Of a DNA stretch of 64,000 nt, positions 27,300 to 37,478 are shown piece by piece. Both the position numbers and the translations under genes were made by a program. The notes under the pieces were generated by a model. That model worked only from the letters and a program-made list of their open reading frames with translations, made no database searches and was not told where the DNA came from. Source of the stretch: Chitinophagaceae bacterium (lineage in GTDB: Bacteria; Bacteroidota; Bacteroidia; Chitinophagales; Chitinophagaceae). Location of the stretch: positions 297,447 to 361,446 of the forward strand of contig JBKBHA010000004.1 in assembly GCA_046297935.1 (NCBI GenBank), written 5' to 3'. Positions within the stretch are counted from its first letter, which is position 1, and each line of letters opens with the position of its first letter.

Positions 27300-29624
27300 T
27301 CAAAAGGGAACCTGTATACGAATGTTGACGTTGCGACCCATTTCATCAATGAAATAGCGCATACTGTTCAGATAGTCGCGGTACGACTCGTTGAGCAGGT
27401 TACGAACACCTACAGACAATACCAGCGCCTGTTTGTTAAAGTGAATTGTGGTAGATGCATTCAGGTTGACCAGCGTATAAGCATCGGGAGCTTCCTTGTA
27501 GTCCTGCCGGCCGTTCTTGTCGTCGGGAACACGGCTTTGCCTGAATACATGTTGCACTTCAAGGCCCAGGTACGACTTGCTCCATCTTTTACCGTCTTTA
27601 AAATTTCGAACCAACTCTGTGCTTAACCGGTCGGCCGGCATCAATATCAGCCAGTCGTCGCTGTTCCGATTACGTGCCCGCAGCAGGGATGCGCGGTTAT
27701 TCCATTCCCAATATGGCAGCGGCTTCCAGATTATACTTGCGTCGAGACCAGACAACACAGCATCGGTCTGCTGATAACGGATCAGCGGAAAGGCTCCGGC
27801 AATGGTTAACACGGGATCATCAGGAACAGGCTGCCGGTAAATAAAGTCCGCGATCTGATTTCGATAAATGGAAATTTCAGCCGATAAGGTCTTCGGCTCG
27901 TTCTGATACTGTAGTGTAGCAACTGCATTAAACGATTTCTCTGATTTCAAATTGATATCGCCTTCTTCATAAGTAGCGGTACCATGGTGAATGCCGTTGC
28001 TCAGCAATTCATTTACATGGGGGGCGCGACTCGATACAGAAAGATTGATATTAGCTTTAAATGCTGGTGAAAAGCGGTAACCGCTATTGAACGAACCGGC
28101 AAAAGTGGTAAACTGGAAATCGTATTGATCAAAACTGCTGCCACCGGAGATCAGCCGGTTGGTAGAGATGGTTTTATGATCCACACGTGCACCCGCTTGC
28201 AGATCCCAATTGCCATAAGTCCATTTTTCAATACCATACAAGCCGTAATTGTAGGAGCGATAATTGGGAATAAAATATCGACCTGCATAAGCATTATCCT
28301 GTTGCATGGCCGCAATGCCAATACTGCCGCTGAAATGATTGCGAACCGGACGTTCCCAGGTAAGGTCTTCTGAAAAGGTGGAAATACTCAAGTTCAGTTG
28401 CGGACGTGTAATGGTGCTGGAGCGTACAATATCAAACTCTTTCCGGTTGTTGAATTGACCTGCTAACTGCAAGGTGAATTTGTGGCCGTTGTGGTTGTAC
28501 TGGGTACGCGATTTTAATATCTGGTGGGTCACGTCCTGATAGGGTCGGCCAATTTTATAACTATCCTGTCCCAGAAAAACCGGGTCGGGCTTTTCCCTCG
28601 CAATGGCGTTTTCCAGATCAGTAATATTGCCAATGTGGGAACCAATAAAGATGCCCAGGCGGGTGTTGAACTGACTATAAAATAATTCTGTGTTGAAATG
28701 TTCTTTACGCCAGGCAGCTGTAGCCGAAAAATTCCATTCTTCGCTTGCCGTATTGTTCAGGCGATAGTTAGGAGTAGCGGCATTGGCACCTCGTTTATAG
28801 GTACCCTGCAAACGGTAGGTGAGTGCGGGTAATTGCCTTAGTTGTTGTTCAAAAATAGCCGATGCAACATACTGCCGGTTATTAGTGAAATAACCCGCAT
28901 TGAATTCACCGTTCCATCCCGGCTCACTGCGAAGTGGTTTGGGTTGTACCAGTATCACGCCGCCAATCGCATCGCTCCCATATTTCAATTCATCCACACC
29001 TTTTATCACGGTAAGTTTATCAGCAATAAATGCATCAATTTCCGGGGCATGTTCATTTCCCCATTGTTGCCCTTCCTGGCGAACACCATTGTTGATGGTG
29101 AGAATGCGATTGCTATGTAAGCCATGAATGACTGGTTTAGCAATGGTTGATCCTGTTTGCAGCAGTGTCACGCCATTAATTTGACTCAGCGCCTCGCTGA
29201 TCGAGAGACCTCGGGTCTCTTCCAATTTTCTACCCTGCAGTTCCTGTTTGAATCCGCTGCTGGCTGAGCCGGCCCTGGCCTGCACCTGCACACCCTCGAG
29301 TGTATTGCGGGCGTGCGGCATGAAGATATCCAAATGCCTGTCGCGGCTCAGTTCAATGGTTTGCGTCACCGAGTCGCAGCTTACATGCGTAACCAGAAGT
29401 GTATAGCTGCCTGCACAAAGATTAAAGAACACAAAGTCGCCCTTGCTATCGGTTACAATCTCGCGCTGTGCTCCCAGCAGCCTCACCGTGGCTCCGGCCA
29501 GTGTTTCCTTGGTGTCCGCATCCTCCACATGGCCGCTCAGTCGAAACTGGCAGGTTTCCTGTGCCCTTAAGTTTGGTACAGCAACAAATAGAACAAGACT
29601 AAAAACCGAAATAAGGTATTTCAC
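27300..29624 (-). CDS. TonB-dependent outer-membrane receptor with an N-terminal CarbopepD_reg domain
   Basis: Signal peptide, CarbopepD_reg region, plug domain with a TonB-box-like LEGVQVQA, 774 aa, C-terminal ...IRIQVPF. Confidence 0.8.
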   Translation of the reverse strand: MKYLISVFSLVLFVAVPNLRAQETCQFRLSGHVEDADTKETLAGATVRLLGAQREIVTDSKGDFVFFNLCAGSYTLLVTHVSCDSVTQTIELSRDRHLDIFMPHARNTLEGVQVQARAGSASSGFKQELQGRKLEETRGLSISEALSQINGVTLLQTGSTIAKPVIHGLHSNRILTINNGVRQEGQQWGNEHAPEIDAFIADKLTVIKGVDELKYGSDAIGGVILVQPKPLRSEPGWNGEFNAGYFTNNRQYVASAIFEQQLRQLPALTYRLQGTYKRGANAATPNYRLNNTASEEWNFSATAAWRKEHFNTELFYSQFNTRLGIFIGSHIGNITDLENAIAREKPDPVFLGQDSYKIGRPYQDVTHQILKSRTQYNHNGHKFTLQLAGQFNNRKEFDIVRSSTITRPQLNLSISTFSEDLTWERPVRNHFSGSIGIAAMQQDNAYAGRYFIPNYRSYNYGLYGIEKWTYGNWDLQAGARVDHKTISTNRLISGGSSFDQYDFQFTTFAGSFNSGYRFSPAFKANINLSVSSRAPHVNELLSNGIHHGTATYEEGDINLKSEKSFNAVATLQYQNEPKTLSAEISIYRNQIADFIYRQPVPDDPVLTIAGAFPLIRYQQTDAVLSGLDASIIWKPLPYWEWNNRASLLRARNRNSDDWLILMPADRLSTELVRNFKDGKRWSKSYLGLEVQHVFRQSRVPDDKNGRQDYKEAPDAYTLVNLNASTTIHFNKQALVLSVGVRNLLNESYRDYLNSMRYFIDEMGRNVNIRIQVPF

Positions 29625-29696
29625 GATTCTCCAATTTTAACCTGAATAGAAAGGCAAACATGCCTTCGCCCTTGTTGTAAAGGCGTAGGGAAATGA

Positions 29697-30041
29697 TCAG
29701 GCAATGGAGGGTGGACCCCGAAGCGCCTCCTGCAGGGAAGCGTCGTTAAAGACAGCGCGGGTTAAATCGGTTGAATAAAAAGAGGAGTAAAACGAAATTG
29801 AAGCAATCTGGATATCTGGTTCTACGAGGAAACTGGCTGAAAATTCAGCCTGCAGGCAGGAACAATTGACTACTGTACCTGCTGTTTCAATATGATCACG
29901 TTCGCTGTTATCGGATGAAATCGTTTGGTGGGCGTGCCCCGTCAACCACTCGTGCACCACCGGCTTAGGCAGGATACCCAACAGCAACACCAGCCCCAGC
30001 AGGGCTGCCATGCAACGTTGTATGGACCGGAAATGCTTCAT
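29697..30041 (-). CDS. Small secreted/membrane hypothetical protein with a His-rich motif (HEWLTGHAHQ), immediately upstream of the TonB receptor
   Basis: ORF with a hydrophobic N-terminus. No recognised family. Confidence 0.3.
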   Translation of the reverse strand: MKHFRSIQRCMAALLGLVLLLGILPKPVVHEWLTGHAHQTISSDNSERDHIETAGTVVNCSCLQAEFSASFLVEPDIQIASISFYSSFYSTDLTRAVFNDASLQEALRGPPSIA

Positions 30042-30164
30042 TCAAAATTTCAACAATGTTGCAAATTAAGCAGTTCCTCGAAAATGGCCAAAAATTAGCT
30101 GTCGATGAATAGGTGAATAATCCAGGCGGGTCGATACATTCAATTGATCCACAGGTGCAAACGG

Positions 30165-30557
30165 TTAGTTCTTCATATGAAAGCTGTTTCGCCAGGCATA
30201 GCTTTTAATTTCATTGTAACAAATCAGGCCATACCAGATTGCAATAAAGGGCGATGCGATCAACAGGCCGAAACCGGTAATCAGGAATAAAGGAATGGTG
30301 ACAACGGTTAAAATGCCGATGATGGCAACGGTCCAGGCATAATGACGGCGGGTAGCGCTACGCGATTGCGGCAGAGCAAAATGGTGAACGAGGCAACCAC
30401 CTACCTGCCAGCCACCAAGAACAAAATACATGGCAATAAACAGGTCACCACTCTCACGCAATCCGCTCAGCAGGCCTACAGAAAAAAACAGGATCTGCAG
30501 CCCCAAATCAATTTTCTTCACTACCAACAACATAAAATCAGGTTTAATAATTGGCAA
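30165..30557 (-). CDS. Small polytopic membrane protein, hypothetical
   Basis: Four hydrophobic segments. 130 aa. Confidence 0.3.
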   Translation of the reverse strand: MPIIKPDFMLLVVKKIDLGLQILFFSVGLLSGLRESGDLFIAMYFVLGGWQVGGCLVHHFALPQSRSATRRHYAWTVAIIGILTVVTIPLFLITGFGLLIASPFIAIWYGLICYNEIKSYAWRNSFHMKN

Positions 30558-30598
30558 ATCTTAGGGTGCGGGCGTGAAACGCCCGCACCCTAAGATTT
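30556..30598. terminator. 19-bp perfect inverted repeat AAATCTTAGGGTGCGGGCG-TGAAA-CGCCCGCACCCTAAGATTT directly after the GbsR-family gene stop
   Basis: Read directly from the sequence. GC-rich stem. Probable terminator. Confidence 0.45.
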
Positions 30599-30599
30599 G

Positions 30600-31106
30600 T
30601 TATTTGAATAGTTTCATCAGATTACTCACAAACCAGCTCTCTTCGGCTTTGATCAAATTGTCGAGCGTACTGTTTGCCTGTTTTCCCAGTTTCTTGATGC
30701 CTGAAACGGTGTCTACAAACGCTTTTACTTCTTTGTCGCGCCGGTCTCCTTCAACTGCTTCCAGCTTGTCGAGTAACTGCAACATGGGTTCCAGTTCTCT
30801 TTTTTTCCTTTCCTTCACAATCATCTTTACCACTTTCCAAATATCTTTTTCAGCAGTAAAGTACTCTTTCCGCTCACCCGGTACAATTACCCTGTCTACC
30901 AATCCCCAATTGATCAGTTCGCGGATATTCATATTCACATTGCCGCGGCTGATGTTCAGTTCTTCCATCATGTCGTCCTGGGTGATGGGATCGGGACTTA
31001 CCAGTAACAGCGCATGTATTTGCGCCATGGTGCGGTTAATACCCCAGTGGGTTCCGTAGGCACCCCAGTTGCTGATAAATTGCTGCTTGGCTTCTGTAAG
31101 TTTCAT
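30600..31106 (-). CDS. GbsR/MarR-family transcriptional regulator
   Basis: Winged-helix region (MAQIHALLLVSPDPITQDDMMEELNISRGNVNMNIRELINWGLV) is typical of GbsR-type regulators. 168 aa. Confidence 0.7.
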   Translation of the reverse strand: MKLTEAKQQFISNWGAYGTHWGINRTMAQIHALLLVSPDPITQDDMMEELNISRGNVNMNIRELINWGLVDRVIVPGERKEYFTAEKDIWKVVKMIVKERKKRELEPMLQLLDKLEAVEGDRRDKEVKAFVDTVSGIKKLGKQANSTLDNLIKAEESWFVSNLMKLFK

Positions 31107-31165
31107 ACTATAAAGATACGATACAATATTGAAGTTTCAAATATTTCTGAAATATAGGGTTTAAA

Positions 31166-31212
31166 AATAAAAAGGCGTGAACCTGTATCTGCCGGTTCAC
31201 GCCTTTTTATCT
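31166..31212 (-). terminator. Rho-independent terminator after the flotillin gene. Stem GGCGTGAACC/GGTTCACGCC, flanked by A and T runs.
   Basis: Inverted repeat plus a T-run on the minus strand. Confidence 0.55.
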
Positions 31213-31240
31213 TTTTTAGGTTAATTATCTGGTTAGCATG

Positions 31241-32761
31241 TTAAGACGATGTGCTTTCGGCCTCTGTGGTCTCGCCTTTATTTTTCCCGAGATAGGTTGG
31301 TAGGTCCATACCTGCCATTTCAAATATATCCTTCAGCGGCGGTACTGATTTGTAAAGTCCGCTCACAAAATTGGCGGTACCATTTTTTCCATCGCCCTGC
31401 TGGCCCTGATCCCAAACGGTTACTTTATCGATCTTGATATTCTTGATGGCCTCTGTTTGCAGGCGTACTAATTCGGGAAGTTTGTCGGCCACCAGCAGCA
31501 GCACGGCATCTTTCGGATTGTTGCCTGCCGCACGAACGATGCGGTCGAGACCTTCGGCCTGTTTGGTTAATATCTCGTACATACCGCGGGCTTCTGCTTC
31601 CAGTTTGGCGAAAATAGCATCGGCTTCACCCTTCGCTTTTTCACGCACCTGCTCGGCCTGCGCCTGTGCCTCGATGATCAATTTCTGTTTTTGAATATCG
31701 GCAGCTACCACGATGGTTGCATTCTGGCTGGCGCGGTCGCGTTCCGCACGCGCGTTTTCAGCAGATTGTTCAGCCAGATAAGCCTCTTCCAATGCTTTAG
31801 CCGACTGTACTTTTTCGGCGGCTGTAGCGCGTTTCAGCGCTTCGGCCTCGCGTTCACGACGCAAAGCGTCGGAATCGGCTATTTGGATCTTCGATAAGTT
31901 TTCGCCTTGCACAGCCGTTGCGTTTGCTTCGGCAATCTTGATACGTGTTTCTCTTTCTGCTTCCGCTTTACCAATGCTTTCGTCGCGATTAGCGCCGGCG
32001 ATCTGAATTTCTTTGTCTTTTAAGGTGATCGCCACCTGGGTATCGCGTTCGCGCTGGGTTTCGGCTACCCTTACATCGCGTTCTTTGTCGGCAGTGGTTT
32101 TTCCAATTTCACCGGTACGTTCCTGCTCGGCCACGCGCACTTTGGCTTCGTTAATCGCTTTGGCTGCAGCTTCTTTGCCAAGGGCGTCGATATAACCGCT
32201 TTCGTCTTTGATGTCGGTTACGTTTACGTTGATCATCTTCAGCCCGATCTTGTTGAGTTCGGCTTCCACATTACCGGCAATATTGGCCAGAAATTTATCG
32301 CGGTTGTTGTTGATTTCTTCAATATCCATCATCGCCACCACCAGACGCATTTGACCAAGGATAATATCTTTTGCCAGATCGTGAATTGCAGGACGCTGCA
32401 TGCCCAGCAAACGTTCGGCGGCATTTTGCATAACAGTGGGCTCGGTGGAAATACCCACGGTAAAACGCGAAGGCACATCAACGCGGATATTCTGTTTACT
32501 CAGCGCACTGGTCAGATTCACTTCCAACGAAATGGGTGTAAGGTCCAGAAAGGAATAGTCCTGCAATACAGGCACAATAAATGCAGCACCGCCATGAATA
32601 CATTTGGCCGTGCGCGAGCCGTCGGCACCGCGGCCTACTTTACCGTATACTACCAGAATACGGTCAGATGGGCAACGCTTGTAGCGTCGCACCATTGCCA
32701 TGATCAGGATAAAAAAGAAGATAATTGCTATGGCAACTACCAACAACAGATTTTCAGCCAT
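31241..32761 (-). CDS. Flotillin-family SPFH-domain protein
   Basis: N-terminal TM, SPFH/band-7 domain, long Ala/Glu-rich coiled-coil (EAERE repeats), 506 aa. Confidence 0.85.
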   Translation of the reverse strand: MAENLLLVVAIAIIFFFILIMAMVRRYKRCPSDRILVVYGKVGRGADGSRTAKCIHGGAAFIVPVLQDYSFLDLTPISLEVNLTSALSKQNIRVDVPSRFTVGISTEPTVMQNAAERLLGMQRPAIHDLAKDIILGQMRLVVAMMDIEEINNNRDKFLANIAGNVEAELNKIGLKMINVNVTDIKDESGYIDALGKEAAAKAINEAKVRVAEQERTGEIGKTTADKERDVRVAETQRERDTQVAITLKDKEIQIAGANRDESIGKAEAERETRIKIAEANATAVQGENLSKIQIADSDALRREREAEALKRATAAEKVQSAKALEEAYLAEQSAENARAERDRASQNATIVVAADIQKQKLIIEAQAQAEQVREKAKGEADAIFAKLEAEARGMYEILTKQAEGLDRIVRAAGNNPKDAVLLLVADKLPELVRLQTEAIKNIKIDKVTVWDQGQQGDGKNGTANFVSGLYKSVPPLKDIFEMAGMDLPTYLGKNKGETTEAESTSS

Positions 32762-32779
32762 GAAATGAAAATTGAATGA

Positions 32780-33403
32780 TTAAGAAAGATGAGTTGTTAC
32801 CAGTAATATGTTTCCGTTGATGATTTCGGTTACGCGCACCAACTTCCCGGTAGGGATGTCGGCTGCATCATCGGTCATAGCGGTTAGTTCGCGTAGCGAA
32901 CCCTGTACGCGGATATGCACTTTGCCGGCGCCGGAGCGGGATGCAGGAATAAACAAATAGGTTTCACCGATTTTCTGAAGGGCGTTGTCCAGTTCCATAT
33001 TGCCACTTTCTTTCAGTCGGCTCATACTTTTAAAAAGCAGGATCATCAGAAATACCACGGCAGCACCAGCGGCTACGGCTATGGTCACGGTCAGTCCCTT
33101 GTTCACATTGCCCTTAATGAGTGCAATGCCTGTCCATCCGAAGATGGTAAAGAAGGCAATGAAATTTTTAATGGTGAAATAGCCGGCACCTATGCCTTCA
33201 TCTTCTCCAATGGAAGCGTCGGCATCGCCCATCACATCGTCGCCATCGCCAGCCACGAAGGAAAAAATCGTTTGTATCAAAAACAACAGAGAGAAGAGCA
33301 GGGCAAATACCCAGAACACTTTCTCAAACCCGGGCATCGATTGCCACCAGGAGCTAATATCAAGCAGCAGCATGTTTGGTTGGTTTAAAGAGATTGTCGA
33401 CAT
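32780..33403 (-). CDS. NfeD/YqiJ-like membrane protein, the usual flotillin operon partner
   Basis: TM segments followed by a C-terminal OB-fold-like region. 18-nt gap to the flotillin start. Confidence 0.55.
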   Translation of the reverse strand: MSTISLNQPNMLLLDISSWWQSMPGFEKVFWVFALLFSLLFLIQTIFSFVAGDGDDVMGDADASIGEDEGIGAGYFTIKNFIAFFTIFGWTGIALIKGNVNKGLTVTIAVAAGAAVVFLMILLFKSMSRLKESGNMELDNALQKIGETYLFIPASRSGAGKVHIRVQGSLRELTAMTDDAADIPTGKLVRVTEIINGNILLVTTHLS

Positions 33404-33517
33404 AAAAATACGGCAACAACCTGCGTAAAAGATACCGCATAAACGGCAATTTTCAGTTGCAGCGACAAAAAAAAGAGGCGCTTCAGGCGCCTCTGTGTAA
33501 GTTTTGAATTGTCAGGG

Positions 33518-35161
33518 TTATACCAGCATTCGGAGAGGCTCTTCAAGCAGGCCCTTCAGGGTCTGCAGGAATGCTGCACCTGTAGCGCCGTCTACCACGC
33601 GGTGATCGCAACTCAGAGTAACTTTCATGATATTACCGGGTACAATCGCGCCATTTTTTACCACCGGTACCTGGCTGATGCCGCCAACGGCAAGAATACA
33701 GGCGTCGGGTGGGTTGATAATGGCAGTGAACTCTTCTATTCCAAACATACCCAGATTAGAGATGGTAAATGTATTTCCTTCCCAATCTGAAGGCTGCAGT
33801 TTTTTGTCTTTTGCTTTTTGTGCGAACTCTTTCACTTCACCGGCAATTTGCGAAAGCGATTTGCTATCGGCATAACGGACTACCGGAACCAGCAAACCAT
33901 CTTCCACCGCTACAGCTACACCAATGTTAACATGGTGATTATAGCGTATTTTATCGCCCAGCCAGCTACTGTTTACAGCCGGATGTTGCTTCAGTGCAAT
34001 GGCACAGGCCTTCAACACCAGATCGTTGAAAGAAATTTTCACCTTGCTCACTTCGTTCAGTTTCGCGCGACTGGCCACGGCGGCATCCATGTCGATGGCG
34101 ATTGTGAGATAGAAATGCGGCGCGGTAAATTTACTTTCGGCCAGGCGGCGGGCAATTACTTTCCGCATCTGTGATACCGGTACTTCTTCGAAGCTCGGTT
34201 GTTGACCACCGGTTGCGGCAGCCGCAGCTTTGGGTGCTGAGGCCGATTTAGCAGCGGGTACAAAATTGTCTATGTCTTGTTTTACGATGCGGCCGCCATC
34301 ACCGGTACCTTTTACCTGACTAATGTCGATACCTTTTTCAGCAGCCAGTTTGCGGGCCAGGGGAGAGGCTTTTACCCGGCCGTTGGAAGAACTGCTGTCG
34401 GTACTTGTTTCCTCTGCTTCAGTTTCTTGGGCAGCAGCGGTAGTGGCTTCTTCTTCTGCCGGAGCAGCCGCAACGGAGCCTCCTCCGGATTTAGCCGCAG
34501 CCACAATAGCATCTACATCTACTTTATCCTTATCGCCGATAATACAAAGCAGATCGTTTACTGCAATCTTTTCACCCTTTGCAGCGCCCTGATGCAGGAG
34601 CGTACCATTCTTATAGCTTTCCAGCTCCATGGTGGCTTTGTCGGTCTCTATTTCTGCCAGCACATCACCTTTTTTCACCGCGTCGCCCACATTTTTATTC
34701 CAGCCGGCTATCACCCCTTCGGTCATTGTATCGCTTAGGCGTGGCATCAGTACCACTTCTTCCATTTTGGAAATATCCAGTCCACTGCTTTTGGGGGCCT
34801 CTTTGGCAGCCGGAGCTTTGGCTTTTTCGGGGGCCGGGGCAGCTTCTTTAGCTGCCTCTTTCGGGGCTTCTTGAGCCGCAGGTGCCGCGCCACCAGCTTT
34901 CACCATGGCAGAAATATCTTCGCCGGGGTTTCCGATAATTGCCAACAGGTCGTTTACCTGAAGTTTGCCTCCCTTTTCGGTCCCGATATGCAGCAGCGTG
35001 CCATCTTTATACGATTCCAGCTCCATGGTTGCCTTATCGGTTTCCACTTCCGCCAGCAGGTCGCCCTTTTTCACAGGATCGCCCACTTTTTTATGCCAGG
35101 CGGCGATCACACCTTCTGTCATCGTGTCACTCAGCCGGGGCATTAAGATAGATTCAGCCAT
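33518..35161 (-). CDS. Dihydrolipoyllysine-residue acetyltransferase (2-oxoacid/pyruvate dehydrogenase complex E2) with two lipoyl domains
   Basis: Two lipoyl domains (…ETDKATMELESY… x2), Ala/Pro linkers, catalytic DHRVVDGA motif. Confidence 0.85.
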   Translation of the reverse strand: MAESILMPRLSDTMTEGVIAAWHKKVGDPVKKGDLLAEVETDKATMELESYKDGTLLHIGTEKGGKLQVNDLLAIIGNPGEDISAMVKAGGAAPAAQEAPKEAAKEAAPAPEKAKAPAAKEAPKSSGLDISKMEEVVLMPRLSDTMTEGVIAGWNKNVGDAVKKGDVLAEIETDKATMELESYKNGTLLHQGAAKGEKIAVNDLLCIIGDKDKVDVDAIVAAAKSGGGSVAAAPAEEEATTAAAQETEAEETSTDSSSSNGRVKASPLARKLAAEKGIDISQVKGTGDGGRIVKQDIDNFVPAAKSASAPKAAAAATGGQQPSFEEVPVSQMRKVIARRLAESKFTAPHFYLTIAIDMDAAVASRAKLNEVSKVKISFNDLVLKACAIALKQHPAVNSSWLGDKIRYNHHVNIGVAVAVEDGLLVPVVRYADSKSLSQIAGEVKEFAQKAKDKKLQPSDWEGNTFTISNLGMFGIEEFTAIINPPDACILAVGGISQVPVVKNGAIVPGNIMKVTLSCDHRVVDGATGAAFLQTLKGLLEEPLRMLV

Positions 35162-35357
35162 TACTCGTCAAATTTTCGCCGAAATTAAGGCAAATTGCTG
35201 AAACCTGAGGGAAGGAGGCCGGAAGCTTGATATGGGCAAAAGTCCTCAAGGTCAGGGTGCTGAATACTTCGTTGTAGAATCTACGAAGCTCACTTCCTTT
35301 TGAAAGCATTCGCCATATTTCAACAAAACCTTATCTTACCAGCAAAGTATCGTTCAT

Positions 35358-37478
35358 ATGTCGTCTGCAACGCCGTTCTATCCGGCCTCACCTGATCCGG
35401 TGCCTGTTCATGTTACAGCAGTTTCGCCTGGGTTTCGAAAAGAAGTGAAGAAGGTATTGGCAGGGATCGTTTATTTCGTTTTCATTTACCTGATCCTGCT
35501 ACTTGCCAGTTTGTTGTTGATTGCAATCTGTGGCTATCTCGGTCTTCTCACAGTTGTTAATATCGGGCATTTTCTCGGCATACTGGGTGGTATCGGATTG
35601 GCCGGGTTGGGAGTGATGGTTTTCATATTCCTCATCAAGTTCATTTTTTCGGTTAATCGCGTCGATAGGTCAGGCATGCTGGAAGTAAAAGAATCGGAGC
35701 AGCCGGAGCTGTTTGCATTTATCCGCCAGGTGGCTTCCGACGCACAGGCACCTTTACCCGGGCGGATTTTTCTTTCTGCTGATGTAAATGCAAGCGTATC
35801 CTACAATTCCAGTTTTTGGAGTATGTTCTTCCCGATCCGGAAAAACCTGACGATCGGACTGGGTCTGGTAAATTGCCTTACCATCAGTGAGTTTAAGGCA
35901 GTGATGGCACATGAGTTTGGACATTTTTCCCAGCGCAGTATGAAACTGGGCAGCTATGTATACCAGGTGAACATGATTTTGCACAATATGCTGTTCAATA
36001 ACTCGGGTTATAGTCGTATGCTGACAGGTTGGGCAAATCTAAGCTGGGTGTTCGCCATTTTTTCCAATATCACTGTACAGTTTGCCCGAGGTATTCAGGC
36101 TATACTTACCAGCACTTATCAGGTCGTTAATAAGCGTTATAGCAGTTTGTCGCGCGAAATGGAATTTCATGCCGACGCAGTAGCAGCAAGTGTGAGTGGT
36201 TCCGAGTCATTAGTTACAGCCCTTCGCCGCTTAGAGCTGGCCGAGGCAGGTATGCAAACTACTTTGGCCCATTGCAGCAAAATGCTTGAACGCAAAAAAT
36301 ACTGTTCCAATTTTTACCCTGTACAGCGATATGCCATGCTGGAGCTGGCAGCTGAACTTGGTATTCCTCTTCAGAATCAGCTTCCGCAGGTAGGCGATGA
36401 TTTTATTTCGGCATCAGAAGGGCAGCGGGTAAATGTAAAAGATCAGTGGGCTTCGCATCCTGCCACCGAAGATCGGGTAGCAGCCCTGCGGAACCTGAAT
36501 GTGGTGGCCGAGTTGAAACCTGAATCACCCTGGATACTGTTTCGGCGTCCCACAGAACTTCAGGAACAATTGAGCAGGCTTGTATATGGCGACGCGATCA
36601 ACAACAGTGAATTGCAATTGCTTTCCGTAAGCGAAATTGAAAGGGAATTGAAGGATGAACGCCAGAAAGTTCTGTTGCCACAAAGCTTTAATGGCTTTTT
36701 CGACAACAGAGTGCTTACAGAAATAACTGAGGAAGAGTTGCAGCAATTAGAGCCCGACCCAACTTTGAGCTGGCTGACTGTGTTTGATCCCGAAAAAAAG
36801 GGACAGGCTCGCAAGCTCGCTTATCTGAATGCTGATATTGAGTTACTGGCCGCAATTGAAAGCAAAGAAATAAAAACCGAAACCTTCGACTTCGATGGCG
36901 GCAAATATCCATCAGCACAGGCCGGCACTATTCTGGAGCAACTAAGGCAGGAGAAGGAAATGATGATAAAGGAGATTGCTGAGAGTGAGAAAAGAATGAT
37001 TCAGCTGACTATGCAACTGGCTGAAAGCAACGGTAGTTCGGCAATCGAAGTCCGCGAGTTGTACCGCCAATTTTTTCAATGGCAGCGTGAGCTGAGAGAA
37101 GACGGTGTAAAAGTGCAGGAAATGGTTCAAAGCCTGGCTCCCATTTTTCAGGGAGTGGCTTTGCCTAATGAACAGATCAGCGCCATTGTGAGTGAACTGA
37201 AAGATCGCCACGAACCTACCATGATGCGTTTGATCGGCCGCTGGCGCGACCGGAAGGCATTTGCAAAACTCGACACAGAACTATTACGCGAGCTCCACAA
37301 TTTTGAATCAGCCAACAGGGTATATTTTACCGGTGAAGAATTTTTGGAAGGCGACTTTGAAGTGTTGAACCGGTTCACCGGATTGATTTGGGATCAGTTA
37401 GGTGAATTTATGTATGAGCGCCAGTTGATGTTGATTCGCGAGCTGGATGGCTGGCGTCCGAAAGAGACAGTAAATTAG
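35358..37478 (+). CDS. M48-family (Ste24/HtpX-like) zinc metalloprotease with N-terminal TM helices and a ~350-aa coiled-coil-rich C-terminal extension
   Basis: MAHEFGHFSQ HExxH motif plus downstream EFHAD third ligand. 706 aa. Confidence 0.65.
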   Translation: MSSATPFYPASPDPVPVHVTAVSPGFRKEVKKVLAGIVYFVFIYLILLLASLLLIAICGYLGLLTVVNIGHFLGILGGIGLAGLGVMVFIFLIKFIFSVNRVDRSGMLEVKESEQPELFAFIRQVASDAQAPLPGRIFLSADVNASVSYNSSFWSMFFPIRKNLTIGLGLVNCLTISEFKAVMAHEFGHFSQRSMKLGSYVYQVNMILHNMLFNNSGYSRMLTGWANLSWVFAIFSNITVQFARGIQAILTSTYQVVNKRYSSLSREMEFHADAVAASVSGSESLVTALRRLELAEAGMQTTLAHCSKMLERKKYCSNFYPVQRYAMLELAAELGIPLQNQLPQVGDDFISASEGQRVNVKDQWASHPATEDRVAALRNLNVVAELKPESPWILFRRPTELQEQLSRLVYGDAINNSELQLLSVSEIERELKDERQKVLLPQSFNGFFDNRVLTEITEEELQQLEPDPTLSWLTVFDPEKKGQARKLAYLNADIELLAAIESKEIKTETFDFDGGKYPSAQAGTILEQLRQEKEMMIKEIAESEKRMIQLTMQLAESNGSSAIEVRELYRQFFQWQRELREDGVKVQEMVQSLAPIFQGVALPNEQISAIVSELKDRHEPTMMRLIGRWRDRKAFAKLDTELLRELHNFESANRVYFTGEEFLEGDFEVLNRFTGLIWDQLGEFMYERQLMLIRELDGWRPKETVN

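Noticed and set aside
29625-30164. Cobalamin riboswitch upstream of the TonB receptor or its small upstream gene
   Set aside because: No B12-box (GCCACTG) or other conserved riboswitch core was found on the minus strand in either intergenic region.
33518-35161. Internal ~300-bp direct repeat inside the E2 gene
   Set aside because: It is explained by two tandem lipoyl domains (…ETDKATMELESY… twice), a normal feature of E2 components.
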